Origin: Candidatus Heimdallarchaeota archaeon
Lineage (GTDB): Archaea; Asgardarchaeota; Heimdallarchaeia; Heimdallarchaeales; Heimdallarchaeaceae
Length of the DNA stretch: 64,000 nucleotides
Assembly (NCBI GenBank): GCA_030603365.1
Contig: JAUVXV010000002.1
Location: forward strand, 32,001 to 96,000
Direction of reading: 5' to 3'
Part shown: positions 39,330 to 49,366 of the stretch, in pieces
Layout: every line of letters begins with the position of its first letter
How positions within the stretch are numbered: position 1 is the stretch's first letter
Notes under the pieces: generated by a model
Seen by the model: the letters and a program-made list of their open reading frames with translations, nothing else
The model's database searches: none
What the model was told of the DNA's origin: nothing
Made by a program: the position numbers and the translations under genes

Positions 39330-40022
39330 CTAATTAACTGTAGGACCAATATCCGCTATATTCAGATCTTTTGGAAAGATCATCTTTGTAGGTACAGAGA
39401 AAATTCTCACACTTATAGTCTCCATGATTTCTTCAAAACTCACTTCCTCGTCTCCATATATCCTCTGTTCTTCATCCATTAAGATGAGTATTTCATCTAT
39501 TAATGGTCTAACTTTCTCCTCATATACTTTTTTTCTAAATGCAACACCATGCGTTACATTATCAGGTTGTTTGGTTCCTTTATAATTATGTTCGGTAAAA
39601 GTTTCATTAATATCCTCCAGATTATTACTATATCTGTATAATACTGATGCAGCACTTTTTCCAGTAAGCTGTGAGATGTTCTTATAGAAAGCAAGTGCTC
39701 TTTCAGGATCCTTCTTTCTTAATTTGTTGAAAACATCTAACTGGTTCTGATATACTTTCAGAAATTCTTTTGTAAGTTGATAATATCTTTCTTTCCAAAC
39801 CACTCGTGTTTCTTCTATAATTCCATTTTTTTGGAGTATTTGCAAATGATGGATAATCGTAGAATTTACTTTGCCTGTTAATCTTATCAAATCCTTTGCT
39901 TTCAATTCTTTAAAGAAATAGAAGTGCGCCACAATCTGATTTCTTGTATCTTCTAATATTGCCTCAAACATATCAATTGATTTCTCAAAATCACCATTTT
40001 TTTCTGAAGACACTTTTATCAT
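39330..40022 (-). CDS. ArsR-like winged-helix transcriptional regulator
   Basis: TRNQI...STIIHHLQILQKNGII...YYQLT. Confidence 0.8.
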   Translation of the reverse strand: MIKVSSEKNGDFEKSIDMFEAILEDTRNQIVAHFYFFKELKAKDLIRLTGKVNSTIIHHLQILQKNGIIEETRVVWKERYYQLTKEFLKVYQNQLDVFNKLRKKDPERALAFYKNISQLTGKSAASVLYRYSNNLEDINETFTEHNYKGTKQPDNVTHGVAFRKKVYEEKVRPLIDEILILMDEEQRIYGDEEVSFEEIMETISVRIFSVPTKMIFPKDLNIADIGPTVN

Positions 40023-40083
40023 GTCGATGTATCGACATACTTTATATATGTTTATCCATATGAATCATGTCGAACAATCGACA
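40022..40083. promoter_or_regulatory. paired operators TGTCGA-N4-TCGACA flanking a divergent TATA region
   Basis: Perfect copies at 40022-40037 and 40068-40083; tttatata at 40041-40048 between them. Confidence 0.75.
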
Positions 40084-40115
40084 CAAGAGGAAACATACCA
40101 CAAGAGGACGAGAAA

Positions 40116-40376
40116 ATGGCAAGTAAAGCAAATGAAATTAACCTCTACGAAGAGAAGGATACTAGTTGGTTTGATACCAAGGATCTGGAAAAATATAGAG
40201 GAAAACCAAAATGGTTGAAAAAATATAAATCCATACTCTATGGTATTCTTTCTTGTGGATTTCTTATTTTAGCTTCATTCAAAATCTGGCAAGGAATGAG
40301 TTTCATAATGTTTCTAGGTTTTTTTGTAGCAACAATCCTTACTATTGTGATTGATTCGAGAACTTTTTTTAGATAG
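40116..40376 (+). CDS. small 2-TM membrane protein divergent from the regulator
   Basis: GAGGA-like SD upstream; two C-terminal TMs. Confidence 0.65.
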   Translation: MASKANEINLYEEKDTSWFDTKDLEKYRGKPKWLKKYKSILYGILSCGFLILASFKIWQGMSFIMFLGFFVATILTIVIDSRTFFR

Positions 40377-40640
40377 GTGTTGCTATAAAAACTCCAGTAA
40401 TATTTGGGTTCAAAGTGTTCTCTAAAGTGATTCCTTGTTTACTTAATATGACGGGATGACAATTACTTATGATAAAACTATTTCAAAAAGGTTAATCTTA
40501 CAAAATCTATGACTTGACTCTGATTCTAGAATCAATAAAATTAAGTTAAAAAAATTTAATGTATTTAAAAAAATAATAAAAGAAGTGGTTGATTCTTTTT
40601 CTCATTTGAGAAGTTAAAGTCTCTTTACTTCATTTTAAGA

Positions 40641-40796
40641 TTAATATCTTGGCTTTTTTTGTGATTGATAGCATTCTCTGCAGTAAACTGGCCTATCGCC
40701 ATCTGGTTTGAATGGAACTTGAGTTTCTTGTTTACACTTTGCGCAAACTGCATCGTGCATTTCTCTAGGTCTATCATCGTATCTTCTATAACTCAT
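40641..40796 (-). CDS. CxxC-x17-CxxC small zinc-finger protein (51 aa, not in ORF track)
   Basis: Manual translation MSYRRYDDRPREMHDAVCAKCKQETQVPFKPDGDRPVYCRECYQSQKKPRY*. Confidence 0.9.
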   Translation of the reverse strand: MSYRRYDDRPREMHDAVCAKCKQETQVPFKPDGDRPVYCRECYQSQKKPRY

Positions 40797-41173
40797 TTTA
40801 ATTCACTTTTGTTTTTATATAATAATATTCACTCACTAAGAAGAACTCTTCATCCGTTATACCAGATATTACTGTTTCTCTTTTAGATATTCAATCACTA
40901 TACGAATGTAAATAAATTTTTTGAGTTTATAAAACAATAGATTGGACACAATTGTTTCTGTTTTCTTTCTGTTTTCAAAACAACAACTAAATTATAATTA
41001 AGAGCGCCCCTAAAAATATTTAAGTATTGAGAAAATACAAAAATCCATTCTTTGCTATTTTTCTAAAGTTTCATCACATCATAGAAATTATTCTCAATTA
41101 ACATTAAATTCATTATTTTTCCAATATATTCTTAAACTGGAAATTGGAATTATTATAAGATAGAGTGGTTTAA

Positions 41174-42724
41174 ATGACCTTAATCAATGAGAACTTTGTT
41201 ATGGACTTTTATCTTAAGCTAATAGAAGAAGACAAAATCAATTTTCTTGCTGGAAAAGAAGAAACTAAGAAAGAGATAAAGAAAAAAATAATTAAATTAC
41301 AGAAAAGTGAAGAAATCCATGATAAAATTCAGATCGCAAAAAATCTCTGGAAAATCCTTTTTGAAGTTTCGATGGAATTTATAGATCCTGACAAACAGGG
41401 GTATGATGATCTTTTCAAATATTTTGAAGAATTTGTGAAGTTTGAGGAGTTGATTTTTGCTTCAGATTCATTTTATCGAGATCATACTCTTCATTCCCTA
41501 TGGGTATATTTTCTAGGAGAATACTTACATGAACAACCTGAATTTGGTTTTCTTTTTCAAAATCTTAACAGACATTTGAAGGTTTCAGCTTTCATTAACG
41601 AGTACTATAAAGCCTTAAACGTACCAGATATTTTTGGAGAATTGACACTTTTACTTACAAGGGTTGCTGCAATTTTAGATTATGAAGACTCAGTTAGGTG
41701 TGTAGTGGCTTTAACTCATGATTTGGGTTACCCCTTGAAAAAGATATCAAAAATTAACAAATCTATTCGAAATATTCTCCCTTACTTTACCATATCAAAA
41801 TTTGGCGAATTTGATTTTCATTTTGAAAATGTTCAACAATTCTATATAGAAAATCTTCTTGAGATTCTTTCTCTTAATATTAGTTTTAATATTGAATTTG
41901 GTGATTTCACTTTTGATGAAAGACAGGTAGTAAAGGATATGATTGATAAACTGAACAGTTCTTCTGCAGCTCTATTCAATCTTCAAGAACCTAGTGAAGA
42001 AGAGTTTCTCGATCTTAAAAATTCTCTTAGTCAAGCAAATGAAAGACAAGTTGACATCTTAAGAAGGATATATACCATTAAAGGAGAAATGCAAAAAGAC
42101 ATGTCTGCAATCTTGAGGTATTCAAATGATTTTGAACAATATTCCCATGGTATTATGAGTGCTTATCTCTTAATGAAAACTCTAAAATCTTTCTCGAACT
42201 TACCATTAACCTATAGTAATCCAGATAATATAGTGCTAGATAATCTTGATATTGCAGCTGTGAACTCTAAAATGATTATCCTCAAAGCAATGACTGATCA
42301 TACTAGTCAAGGTTATCAAATTAGAGATTTTACTAATTACTCTGAGATACTTGTTCTCTTTGATGAAATAGAAGAATTTTCTCGAATTTCTAGAGCAAAC
42401 CAATATCGACAATTCGTTAATGAATTTTGTAAAACTGATCTAGGGGTAAAAGATGGAGTCCTAAACATCGATTTCATTTTTGATGATGAAAATGTAGTTG
42501 ACTTAGATCCTGAAATTACTTTCAAAGATAAATGTAAAAGGTTTACCACAGTTTTTGATATTCGAAATCTTGCAGATCATATCAAAATAAGGTTCAGAAG
42601 CATAGGAAAATTACCTAAAAATAAAAATATTTACGAATTGTTTATAGAAAAAAATAACGTTAGAATTTCAATTAACGGTGAAGAAAAAGATCTAACTAGT
42701 TATCTGAAAACAAAAGAGATTTAG
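41174..42724 (+). CDS. HD-domain-like metal-dependent phosphohydrolase
   Basis: RDHTLHSLWVYFLG...THDLGYP...HGIMSA...DH...FDEIEE. Confidence 0.65.
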   Translation: MTLINENFVMDFYLKLIEEDKINFLAGKEETKKEIKKKIIKLQKSEEIHDKIQIAKNLWKILFEVSMEFIDPDKQGYDDLFKYFEEFVKFEELIFASDSFYRDHTLHSLWVYFLGEYLHEQPEFGFLFQNLNRHLKVSAFINEYYKALNVPDIFGELTLLLTRVAAILDYEDSVRCVVALTHDLGYPLKKISKINKSIRNILPYFTISKFGEFDFHFENVQQFYIENLLEILSLNISFNIEFGDFTFDERQVVKDMIDKLNSSSAALFNLQEPSEEEFLDLKNSLSQANERQVDILRRIYTIKGEMQKDMSAILRYSNDFEQYSHGIMSAYLLMKTLKSFSNLPLTYSNPDNIVLDNLDIAAVNSKMIILKAMTDHTSQGYQIRDFTNYSEILVLFDEIEEFSRISRANQYRQFVNEFCKTDLGVKDGVLNIDFIFDDENVVDLDPEITFKDKCKRFTTVFDIRNLADHIKIRFRSIGKLPKNKNIYELFIEKNNVRISINGEEKDLTSYLKTKEI

Positions 42725-42766
42725 AATTTGAAATTAAAGTATTGAAAATTCTTAGGAAGACTAATC

Positions 42767-43507
42767 TTACTTTTTTTCATAGGGTTTATCTCTCAGCTTT
42801 TCTACTGTTCCTATTTTTTCTGCCCAATCAATCCAATTCTTGTTTCCACCTTCAATATAAGATCCTAAGGGCATAACAACAACTTCTAGTTTCAGAAGCT
42901 CTTCTTTTGGAATCACTTCCCCATTTGAGATTTTCTCAACTGCGGTTTTAAATGCTGAATCCAGTATTTTAGTTGGTTTTCCATAGATCTGATATCTTAC
43001 ATCATCTTCTGGCAATTGAGCAACTTGTTCTAATAGACCTGGTACTGTATGCATTGCAAAAGTTCCTGCTGCTCCTATAGGGAAACCTCCTGCCCAAGTA
43101 AAATCATTTTTCTTAGCAAATTGCTTGTAGATTTTTAAAGCTATATTGTTATGATAATATTCGAGATAACCTGCACAGGAGATGGCTAGAAGAAGTCTTT
43201 TGTCATCATTAATTTTCCCTTCTTGTTTTGCAGTAGAAACAGTATCCATTAGTTTTATTGTCATATATGGTGCAGAGTCAATATAAAGTGGTGAAGAGAG
43301 TATAATGATACTACTCTCGTTAATTGAAGCAATCATTTCTTCAATCTTTTCAGAGTTTTTCAGAGTCTTATAAGTGTGAAAACTTTTCACAGTTATTCCT
43401 CTATCTTCCAATAAACTAGATACATAATTACCCAATGAATAGGATGCACTTTTCTCTCCTCTAGGGCTACACATTAGAAATGTTGCATGCTTAGTCATTT
43501 TCCTCAC
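42767..43507 (-). CDS. flavodoxin-like NAD(P)H-dependent oxidoreductase
   Basis: SPRGEKSAS, SPLYIDS. Confidence 0.75.
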   Translation of the reverse strand: MRKMTKHATFLMCSPRGEKSASYSLGNYVSSLLEDRGITVKSFHTYKTLKNSEKIEEMIASINESSIIILSSPLYIDSAPYMTIKLMDTVSTAKQEGKINDDKRLLLAISCAGYLEYYHNNIALKIYKQFAKKNDFTWAGGFPIGAAGTFAMHTVPGLLEQVAQLPEDDVRYQIYGKPTKILDSAFKTAVEKISNGEVIPKEELLKLEVVVMPLGSYIEGGNKNWIDWAEKIGTVEKLRDKPYEKK

Positions 43508-44069
43508 CCATAATCCTTAAACTATTGTCTATCTTCGTTTTGATTGTTTGTTCATCATCACTTGTGTAAATTATTTGTGAAGTGAATTTAGGAGCAAAAT
43601 TATTGAGACTATTTCTTTTAACTAGATTGGTAAAAATCTCTTCTTGTTCTTTATTTGGTTCATCTAGTGTACCAATCACACTGAAATTTGGATATTTATC
43701 GTACCGTGTCTCATGATGTATTTCATCATGGAATATTCTGAAAAATGGCATGAGTAGACCTATTGATCTATCTAAAGCTTTCTTCAGTTCCGAAGAGTAA
43801 CCTCCATATTTGATGGGAGTGATATAGAATAAATAATCTGATTGAATCATTTTCTCTGCAACTTCTCTTCCAAAATCATCAATAATACAGATTCCAGGAG
43901 TTTCTACCCAACACTTAAAACAACCTAAGCACGGTTTGATGTCCTTTTCATGAAGATTAAGTATTTCTCCTTTAATGTCATGTTCCTGGAGTTTTTCAGC
44001 AATAAATTTGTTTATCTTGGGAATTATCGAATCATTAGATTGCATTCCGTTTAGAATAAGATAACTCAT
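43491..44069 (-). CDS. flavodoxin family / iron-sulfur flavoprotein-like
   Basis: CLGCFKCWVETPGIC, TPIKYGGYSSELKKALDR. Confidence 0.8.
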   Translation of the reverse strand: MSYLILNGMQSNDSIIPKINKFIAEKLQEHDIKGEILNLHEKDIKPCLGCFKCWVETPGICIIDDFGREVAEKMIQSDYLFYITPIKYGGYSSELKKALDRSIGLLMPFFRIFHDEIHHETRYDKYPNFSVIGTLDEPNKEQEEIFTNLVKRNSLNNFAPKFTSQIIYTSDDEQTIKTKIDNSLRIMGEEND

Positions 44070-44263
44070 GAACTATGATATCTACTTCATTATTTATATC
44101 TATTCAAATTCAAATCCTATTGTTAATCACCTAACTAGTTCTTGAGATTTTACAAACATTCTGTAGAAAAAGAAACCAATTTTTGCTGTATAATTGTTTA
44201 AAACATTCGTTTCTCATTTGTTTTAAAAGAAGATTTTAATAGACCAATGGTTTAAGCTCTCTG

Positions 44264-45397
44264 ATGAACGATTCTACTGACAAAAAACTAGATATTGAAA
44301 AAAATGATAGTGTCTTTAGAATCTTGTGTGAAAAATCTAATGATAGCATAACCCTCTTCAAGCTTGATGAGTTCAATAAGATGGCGAATTTTGTCTATTC
44401 TAATCCAGCAACTACCAAATGGACCGGTTTTACTAAAGAAGAGATTTTAGCCAGCTCTCCAAAGGATTTTTTTTCACCAGAACATCTGGAACAGGCAAAG
44501 AAGAGTATTGACATCATTGTCAAGAAAGGATTCCTTACTTACGAATCTGAACTAAGGTTGAAGGATGGAAGTTCCCTTCCTGTTGAGTTTAGTTCTAGTC
44601 TTGTTGAACTAGAAGGTGAGAAATATGTCCTTACAAGTGGAAGAGAAATTGCAGAAAGAGTTGAAACACGTCAAGAAAGAGACGAAAGCATGAAAGAAAA
44701 AACTCTTCTCTTAGATATTCTAACTCACGATCTTCGGAATTACATTGCAGTTCTCTGGAGTTGTATATCTGAAACACTTGAAAGTGAAGATGTAACAATA
44801 GAAGATGTAAAAAAGGCAATTGTAAGAGCTAAAACTTCTCTAGCAAAAACTGATGCTCTTCTAGATGATATCTCAGTATTGATGAAGAAAGATCTTGAAT
44901 TCACTTATGAGCTGAAATCTGTTAATGTTCTGAATAATGTGAATAAATGCAAATCAAATCTTAATGATATGTTCCCAAGGAAGAAAATTACTATTAAAGA
45001 TGAAGGAATCAATTCTGAACATAATGTACTAGCTGACATGCTTTTTGAACAACTGTTATTTAATATCTTAACTAATTCAGTAAGAAATACTCCAAACACT
45101 GATGTTGTTATTGATATAATTACTGAAGAAAAACCGGATAACAAGATTTTGATCTCTATCTCAGATTATGGTAAAGGTATTGCGCCTGAAATAAGAAGAA
45201 ATATCTTTGAAAGATATGGAGAGTTTAGGAAGAAGGGTAAAGGATCAGGTCTTGGATTGTTCATCATTCAAACATTAGTCCAACGGTATAATGGAGATGT
45301 TTGGTTAGAGAATAGGATAAAGGGAGATTATACTCAAGGAACTACTGTCAAAGTTGAACTTCGAAAAGCTGCAACAGCAGTATTCGAATTTGTATAA
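44264..45397 (+). CDS. PAS-domain sensor histidine kinase
   Basis: PAS (YSNPA...GFTKEE), H-box THDLRN, N-box NILTNS, DYGKGI, GSGLGL. Confidence 0.92.
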   Translation: MNDSTDKKLDIEKNDSVFRILCEKSNDSITLFKLDEFNKMANFVYSNPATTKWTGFTKEEILASSPKDFFSPEHLEQAKKSIDIIVKKGFLTYESELRLKDGSSLPVEFSSSLVELEGEKYVLTSGREIAERVETRQERDESMKEKTLLLDILTHDLRNYIAVLWSCISETLESEDVTIEDVKKAIVRAKTSLAKTDALLDDISVLMKKDLEFTYELKSVNVLNNVNKCKSNLNDMFPRKKITIKDEGINSEHNVLADMLFEQLLFNILTNSVRNTPNTDVVIDIITEEKPDNKILISISDYGKGIAPEIRRNIFERYGEFRKKGKGSGLGLFIIQTLVQRYNGDVWLENRIKGDYTQGTTVKVELRKAATAVFEFV

Positions 45398-45604
45398 AAT
45401 AATTCCCGATTGTCCTCAAGTCAATTCAAAGAGGAACTAATACTTTATCACAGTTATATGTATCTAGGATACGTTTTTGATATGTTTTTAAATTTAATTT
45501 TTCATATTGTTTTTCTCCATGACGAAAACCTTTAAACCAAGCTAAGAATCGTTAGCTTCAATTGACCTGAATTTATTATAATTGAAAGATTTCCTATAAC
45601 CAAA

Positions 45605-46795
45605 ATGGGAGCGAACGCCATGGTCGAAAGCGATAGTACTAAACATCGAAAGAAGCAAAAGAAAAGAGTTGGTTTTCCTAGGGCTTTACTTTACTATTAT
45701 TTCGATGCTATGTGGGAGAGCTTCTTTGAAGCATTAGGAGCTGAAGTTGTCCTGTCATCACCAACTAGTAAAATAACAAAGGACAGGGGTGTCTTAGAAA
45801 CATTAGATGATGAATGCTATTCAACAAAGCTGTACCATGGGCACGTTTTAGAACTTATTGAAAAAGATCTTGATTATATTTTTGCTCCTCGTTTTGCTAG
45901 TAGAAGAAAACGAGAAGTTGGATGTCCGAAGTTCGTTGCTCTTGCAGACATTCTCAAGTATACAAAAGTCAATCTTCCTCCTGTCATTGGTCCTTACTAT
46001 AGTACGTCTAGAGAAAACCATGGATTTTGGCGTTTAGTGATAATAATTTTTGAGATCGGATTCAAATTTACAAAAAATCCGTTCAGGATAATCTATGCTG
46101 CTCTCAAAGCTAGAAGAAATCACAGGATTGCTATAAGAAATAAAAGTATAGATGAGGAGACTCTTAACAAATGGGAAAATTCTGAAATTTTGCTCAATGA
46201 TGCACCTGTGGTAGAAGATGGAGAAACACCTTTGAAGGTTGCTCTTATTGGACATACTTATTTGATCAATGATAGATTTGCATCATTAGATGTACGTCAG
46301 AAACTTCAGAAATTAGGCGTAGATGTTGTAACTTCAGAACAAATGCCTAGAAACTTGCTTGAAAGACAACTTCTGCGTTTATCCATGGAAAACTATGGTT
46401 TAGATTTTTCAGAACCAGAAAAACTAACTAAAAAGGAATTGAAAAAACATCTTTTAGGAAGTAACGATTATCTTTATTTTGAATTTGAACATGAGATAGT
46501 TGGTACTGCAATGCATTATCTTGAAAATAACACTATTGATGGAATACTGATGCTTGTTAATTTCATCTGCGGTCCTGTTTCAGTTTCTATGGAATATGCA
46601 AAACTATTTGCAAAAAAAATTAAAGCTGAAACCCCAATGGCTATATTAACTCTTGATGCACATACAGGGGAAGCTGGATTTCAAACTAGATTAGAAGCTT
46701 TTAGTGATATCCTTAGAATGAAGAAGAGTACAGGAACTATACCTGAGAGTGTTAAAAGTGTATCAGGGTCAATATTTGAGATGGGGCTTAGCTAA
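45605..46795 (+). CDS. acyl-CoA dehydratase activase-related protein (DUF2229-like)
   Basis: VGFPRALLYY, ECYSTKLYHGHV, CPKF, FICGP, DAHTGEAGFQTRLEAF. Confidence 0.82.
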   Translation: MGANAMVESDSTKHRKKQKKRVGFPRALLYYYFDAMWESFFEALGAEVVLSSPTSKITKDRGVLETLDDECYSTKLYHGHVLELIEKDLDYIFAPRFASRRKREVGCPKFVALADILKYTKVNLPPVIGPYYSTSRENHGFWRLVIIIFEIGFKFTKNPFRIIYAALKARRNHRIAIRNKSIDEETLNKWENSEILLNDAPVVEDGETPLKVALIGHTYLINDRFASLDVRQKLQKLGVDVVTSEQMPRNLLERQLLRLSMENYGLDFSEPEKLTKKELKKHLLGSNDYLYFEFEHEIVGTAMHYLENNTIDGILMLVNFICGPVSVSMEYAKLFAKKIKAETPMAILTLDAHTGEAGFQTRLEAFSDILRMKKSTGTIPESVKSVSGSIFEMGLS

Positions 46796-47940
46796 TGGAA
46801 TCTTATGTTACATATCCTCATTTTGGACCACTTACTTTGCTTTTCAAGGCAATTTTCCAAGAATTAGAAGTCCCTGAAGAGCGAATAATTAACCCTTCTC
46901 CACCCAGTAAACGAACCTTAGAAATAGGATCAGAAAACTCTCCAGAATGGATGTGTACTCCATTCAAACTAAGTTTAGGCTCTCTTATTGAATGCATTGA
47001 AAGAGGAGCTAATCATGTTTTTCAGATTGGGGGAATAGGAACCTGTAGAGCTAGTTGTTATGGACCAGTTCAAAGAGTAATTACTGAAGATTTGGGATAT
47101 GATGTAAAGTACACAAATATTGATTATCACTTGCCATTGGAAATGATGAAAGATTTACGATCAGTTAGTAACAATTTCAGTGCTTGGCAGTCAATTAAAG
47201 CTCTTAGAAAAATTTGGGTGAAGAATTATTCACTTGATTTAACAGAGCACTTAATAAATTTCTATAGAGGAGTGGAAATTGAAAAAGGGAAAACGGATAA
47301 AGTAGCGAAAGAAGTTTATGATAAGTTATTTAGTATCCGTAAAGTTAAGGAAGTGAAAAGATTCCACAAGCAAATTCCGGGAATTTTCAAAAAAGAAGTA
47401 CAAATAGATGAAGATGCAGATCCTCTAAAAATAGGTATTATTGGTGAGATTTATGTTGTTCTTGAACCTATGCTTCATCTTGATTTATATCGTCGATTAA
47501 ACAATTTAGGAGTAATCTGTCGCAACACTGTTTCTTTGAAGAAATTTACAGATTTACCTGCTAAACTAAATCCATTTGTAAAAGAATATTATAAAATCTA
47601 TAGAGAGAAAGCACGTCCATACATTCAGCAGTATTGTGGTGGTGATGGACAAGAAAGTATTGGAGCAACAATATTGCTTCGAGAACTAGGATGGGATGGA
47701 ATGGTACATGTATGGCCATTTAGTTGTATGCCTGAACTCAGTGCTCAATCGGTAATTCCTAGTGTAACTAATGATTATGGTATGCCTGTTCTACCAATGA
47801 TTGTTGATGAACAAACTGGAGAAGCAGGCTTTCAAACAAGACTTGAGGCATATGTTGATATGCTTAAAATCAAACGAGAAAACGAACGTCAAGGTAAACC
47901 AAAAGAGAAAATTTCATGGGAGACTTTTAATTATGACTGA
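46795..47940 (+). CDS. 2-hydroxyacyl-CoA dehydratase-like / activase partner subunit
   Basis: SPEWMCTPFK, GTCR, IGIIGEIY, PFSCMPE, DEQTGEAGFQTRLEAY. Confidence 0.8.
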   Translation: MESYVTYPHFGPLTLLFKAIFQELEVPEERIINPSPPSKRTLEIGSENSPEWMCTPFKLSLGSLIECIERGANHVFQIGGIGTCRASCYGPVQRVITEDLGYDVKYTNIDYHLPLEMMKDLRSVSNNFSAWQSIKALRKIWVKNYSLDLTEHLINFYRGVEIEKGKTDKVAKEVYDKLFSIRKVKEVKRFHKQIPGIFKKEVQIDEDADPLKIGIIGEIYVVLEPMLHLDLYRRLNNLGVICRNTVSLKKFTDLPAKLNPFVKEYYKIYREKARPYIQQYCGGDGQESIGATILLRELGWDGMVHVWPFSCMPELSAQSVIPSVTNDYGMPVLPMIVDEQTGEAGFQTRLEAYVDMLKIKRENERQGKPKEKISWETFNYD

Positions 47941-49027
47941 AAATTGTGATTGTCCAAAAGATGAGGGAATGACTTCAACTGAAACTCATTCAAAAAAAGA
48001 AATGTTAGGATCTACACAAGAAAGCCTTGCTGTCGAAGGTTCATCCAATTGTTTCTACCTTGGAGTAGATGTGGGTTCTATCAGCACAAATTTAGCAATT
48101 ATAGATGGTCAAAAGAATCTTGTTGATTCAGTATACATACGAACTGAAGGAAGACCAATTCAATCAATTCAACATGGAGTTACTCTTCTCAAAGAAAAGG
48201 TAGGGGAGAGTTTCCAAATTCATGGTGTTGGAGCAACAGGTAGTGCTAGACAACTAACAGGTTTGATTGTTGGAGCAGATGTTGTAAGGAATGAGATCAC
48301 TGCACATTCACTTGCTTCTCTTAATGAGAACTCCGAAATTCAAACAATCATGGAGATAGGTGGTCAAGATAGTAAAATCATAATTATCAGAAATGGAGTA
48401 CCAATTGATTTTGCAATGAATACTGTTTGTGCAGCAGGAACAGGATCCTTCTTAGACCAGCAAGCAAATCGTCTAGAAATACCTATAGAAGATTTCGGAG
48501 ATTTAGCTCTAAAATCAGATAATGCCGTAGCTATTGCTGGTAGATGTACAGTTTTTGCAGAATCAGATATGATCCACAAACAACAACTAGGTCATTCAGT
48601 AGAAGACATTATACGTGGATTGAGCGAAGCACTTGTGAGAAATTACTTGAACAATGTAGGTAAAGGGAAAGATATTACCGGACCTATTATGTTGCAAGGA
48701 GGAGTAGCTGCCAATGTTGGTATCAGAGATGCATTCAGACGCTCACTCATCAAGCAAGAAAAAATTAAGCATGAGGACGAGATAATTGTTCCAGAACATT
48801 ATGACGTTATGGGAGCAATTGGGGTAGCTATACTAGCTATGAATAAGATGGTTAAGAATCCGAAAATGAAAACTAATTTTGTTGGTTGGCAAATCCCAGA
48901 TATAAATTTCAAAACTAAAGGATTTGAGTGTAAAGATTGCCCCAACATCTGTGAAGTAATAGAAGTTCTTATGGAAGACGAAGTGATTGCTAGGTGGGGA
49001 AGTAAATGTGGAAAATGGGATATTTAG
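47933..49027 (+). CDS. acyl-CoA dehydratase activase (HgdC / BcrAD-type ASKHA ATPase)
   Basis: LGVDVGSISTN, EIGGQDSK, MNTVCAAGTGSFL, RCTVFAES; ATG 47933 overlaps the upstream stop. Confidence 0.9.
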   Translation: MTENCDCPKDEGMTSTETHSKKEMLGSTQESLAVEGSSNCFYLGVDVGSISTNLAIIDGQKNLVDSVYIRTEGRPIQSIQHGVTLLKEKVGESFQIHGVGATGSARQLTGLIVGADVVRNEITAHSLASLNENSEIQTIMEIGGQDSKIIIIRNGVPIDFAMNTVCAAGTGSFLDQQANRLEIPIEDFGDLALKSDNAVAIAGRCTVFAESDMIHKQQLGHSVEDIIRGLSEALVRNYLNNVGKGKDITGPIMLQGGVAANVGIRDAFRRSLIKQEKIKHEDEIIVPEHYDVMGAIGVAILAMNKMVKNPKMKTNFVGWQIPDINFKTKGFECKDCPNICEVIEVLMEDEVIARWGSKCGKWDI

Positions 49028-49066
49028 AATTATTGTATACCAATCAGCTGATAATTATCATTTTAA

Positions 49067-49144
49067 ATCTTTGTAGGAATCATATTGGCTGCTTTCGTAT
49101 TAGTAGTCTTCAAGACTAAAGATTGGAAGAAAGACGTAATGTAA
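49067..49144 (+). pseudogene. orphan TM + basic C-terminal fragment
   Basis: IFVGIILAAFVLVVFKTKDWKKDVM*, preceded by an in-frame stop. Confidence 0.3.
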
Positions 49145-49366
49145 AAAAAATTGTGCACAACAAAGCTATGTGCAACTCTTTTCTATTTTTCTAAACGAAG
49201 TTCTTCAAAGAATTGATTTGAATTTTCAGTTACATTTTTCTTTATGTTAGTTCCAAGTTCTGTAAGTGTCTCAAATGATTTGTAAGTTTTTCCTTCTAGA
49301 CTTCTAAGGAACTAATAAATTCTTTAATGAAAATTAGAGTGGTGTAAACATGTTTTAGCTTCTTTG

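Noticed and set aside
40665-40886. 73-aa + strand ORF (and 40021..40218)
   Set aside because: The first is antisense to the real CxxC-x17-CxxC gene; the second overlaps the operators and the 40116 gene
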